DNA from: Planctomycetales bacterium
GTDB taxonomy: Bacteria; 4484-113
NCBI GenBank assembly: GCA_037445915.1
Contig: JBBIJQ010000051.1
Coordinates: forward strand, 1-14,464
DNA: 14,464 bases
Direction: 5' to 3'
Shown: piece by piece, positions 13,757 to 14,464 of the stretch
Numbering within the stretch: the first letter of the stretch is position 1
How the letters are laid out: each line of letters begins with the position of its first letter
Position numbers and translations under genes: made by a program
Notes under the pieces: model-generated
Seen by the model: the letters and a program-made list of their open reading frames with translations, nothing else
Database searches by the model: none
What the model was told of the DNA's origin: nothing

Positions 13757-14464
13757 TTAGTAACGGGCGGCAAAGGCACCTATTGCAGGCAATTCTTGGT
13801 CTGCGCGGCTGACATCTAGCGCAGGATGGGCATACTGGTAGAAGGATCGCCCTCCATAACCTTTCCAGAGCATACCTGATTGCCGGTAGGCAGTTAGCGG
13901 GGTTCCTTTCCCTTGCAGCGATTTATCCGGAATCATTGTGTAGAGCCAACTATCCGGCAAGCCTGGTTCTGGAGCGAATTCGACCAGCTTTTCCCTTCCA
14001 ACAACGCCATCGGCGATTTTGAAGCCGGGGCTTGCGACGCAGGCTTTGATATCCAGAGCAATATCTTCTGGGTAAGTCCATTGCGCGAGACTGCCTTCCT
14101 GGCCAAAGCCGAAGTCGTGGAATATGCAATTAGCACAAGTAAGGCTTGTGCCAGGAGAACTAAGCATGACGACAGGAGTTATGAAAGGCGTCGCCACGTT
14201 GCAGTTCATGACGTAGAGAACTCCGTTCCGCGCTCCCCCGCTATCCTGGCCGAAGTGGATAACACCACGATTACCCAGACAATCTTTTGCCTTCGCGATT
14301 ATGGAGCCGATGATTACCGCATCTGCGCCGGGCTCGGCTGTAAGCTCGCCGTCATCAACTATATCAATCTCCCGGTTGGCAGAGTCGTGTATATAGCAAG
14401 CTTCAATGAGGTTTAGGCGAGCACGGGATTTGAGGTTATGCCCAGAAACGCTGTTGAAAATCTC
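13757..14464 (-). CDS. Partial (5'-truncated by window edge) right-handed parallel beta-helix / pectin-lyase-like protein
   Basis: Manual translation shows the frame of ORF 13757..14209 stays open to the edge: EIFNSVSGHNLKSRARLNLIEACYIHDSANREIDIVDDG...AVIIGSIIAK..GNRGVIHFGQD..GVLYVMNCNV. The GHNLKSRA and CYIHD pattern resembles beta-helix repeat proteins. Confidence 0.7.
   Translation of the reverse strand, partial: EIFNSVSGHNLKSRARLNLIEACYIHDSANREIDIVDDGELTAEPGADAVIIGSIIAKAKDCLGNRGVIHFGQDSGGARNGVLYVMNCNVATPFITPVVMLSSPGTSLTCANCIFHDFGFGQEGSLAQWTYPEDIALDIKACVASPGFKIADGVVGREKLVEFAPEPGLPDSWLYTMIPDKSLQGKGTPLTAYRQSGMLWKGYGGRSFYQYAHPALDVSRADQELPAIGAFAARY

Noticed and set aside
13913..14416. 167-aa plus-strand ORF
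   Set aside because: Antisense to the open minus-strand frame, which has a protein-like beta-helix pattern.
1..14464. CRISPR array, tRNA/rRNA, transposase or integrase
   Set aside because: No regularly spaced repeats, cloverleaf or recombinase-like ORFs were found by eye.

Overview
GC-rich bacterial chromosomal window with 15 supportable CDSs; no tRNA, rRNA, CRISPR or transposase. Left half: a tightly packed minus-strand operon of riboflavin synthase (ribE), ribBA, an NHL-repeat lipoprotein, meaB GTPase, biotin carboxylase and biotin carrier protein (the last two look like a split PccA-type alpha subunit). Divergent from it are a CinA/COG1058-like MoCF-domain protein and an orphan FlbD-family gene. 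Then an AI-2E family transporter (-) divergent from an ECF sigma / ZAS anti-sigma pair (+) with a clear ECF-type autoregulatory promoter. That pair converges on a minus-strand operon of rsmI, a membrane-anchored YVTN/YncE beta-propeller, a 3-TM protein and a membrane-anchored prokaryotic RING-finger protein. A partial beta-helix gene runs off the right edge. Most notable: the RING/propeller membrane module next to the ECF pair; apparent in-frame deletions in conserved motifs of RibB and the CinA-like protein; several leaderless promoters; two divergent promoter regions each bounded by perfect inverted repeats that coincide with the -10 boxes; and a shared purine-tract / GTAG-REP / 40-bp hairpin layout in two intergenic regions. 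All family assignments come from motif recognition by eye, not database searches.
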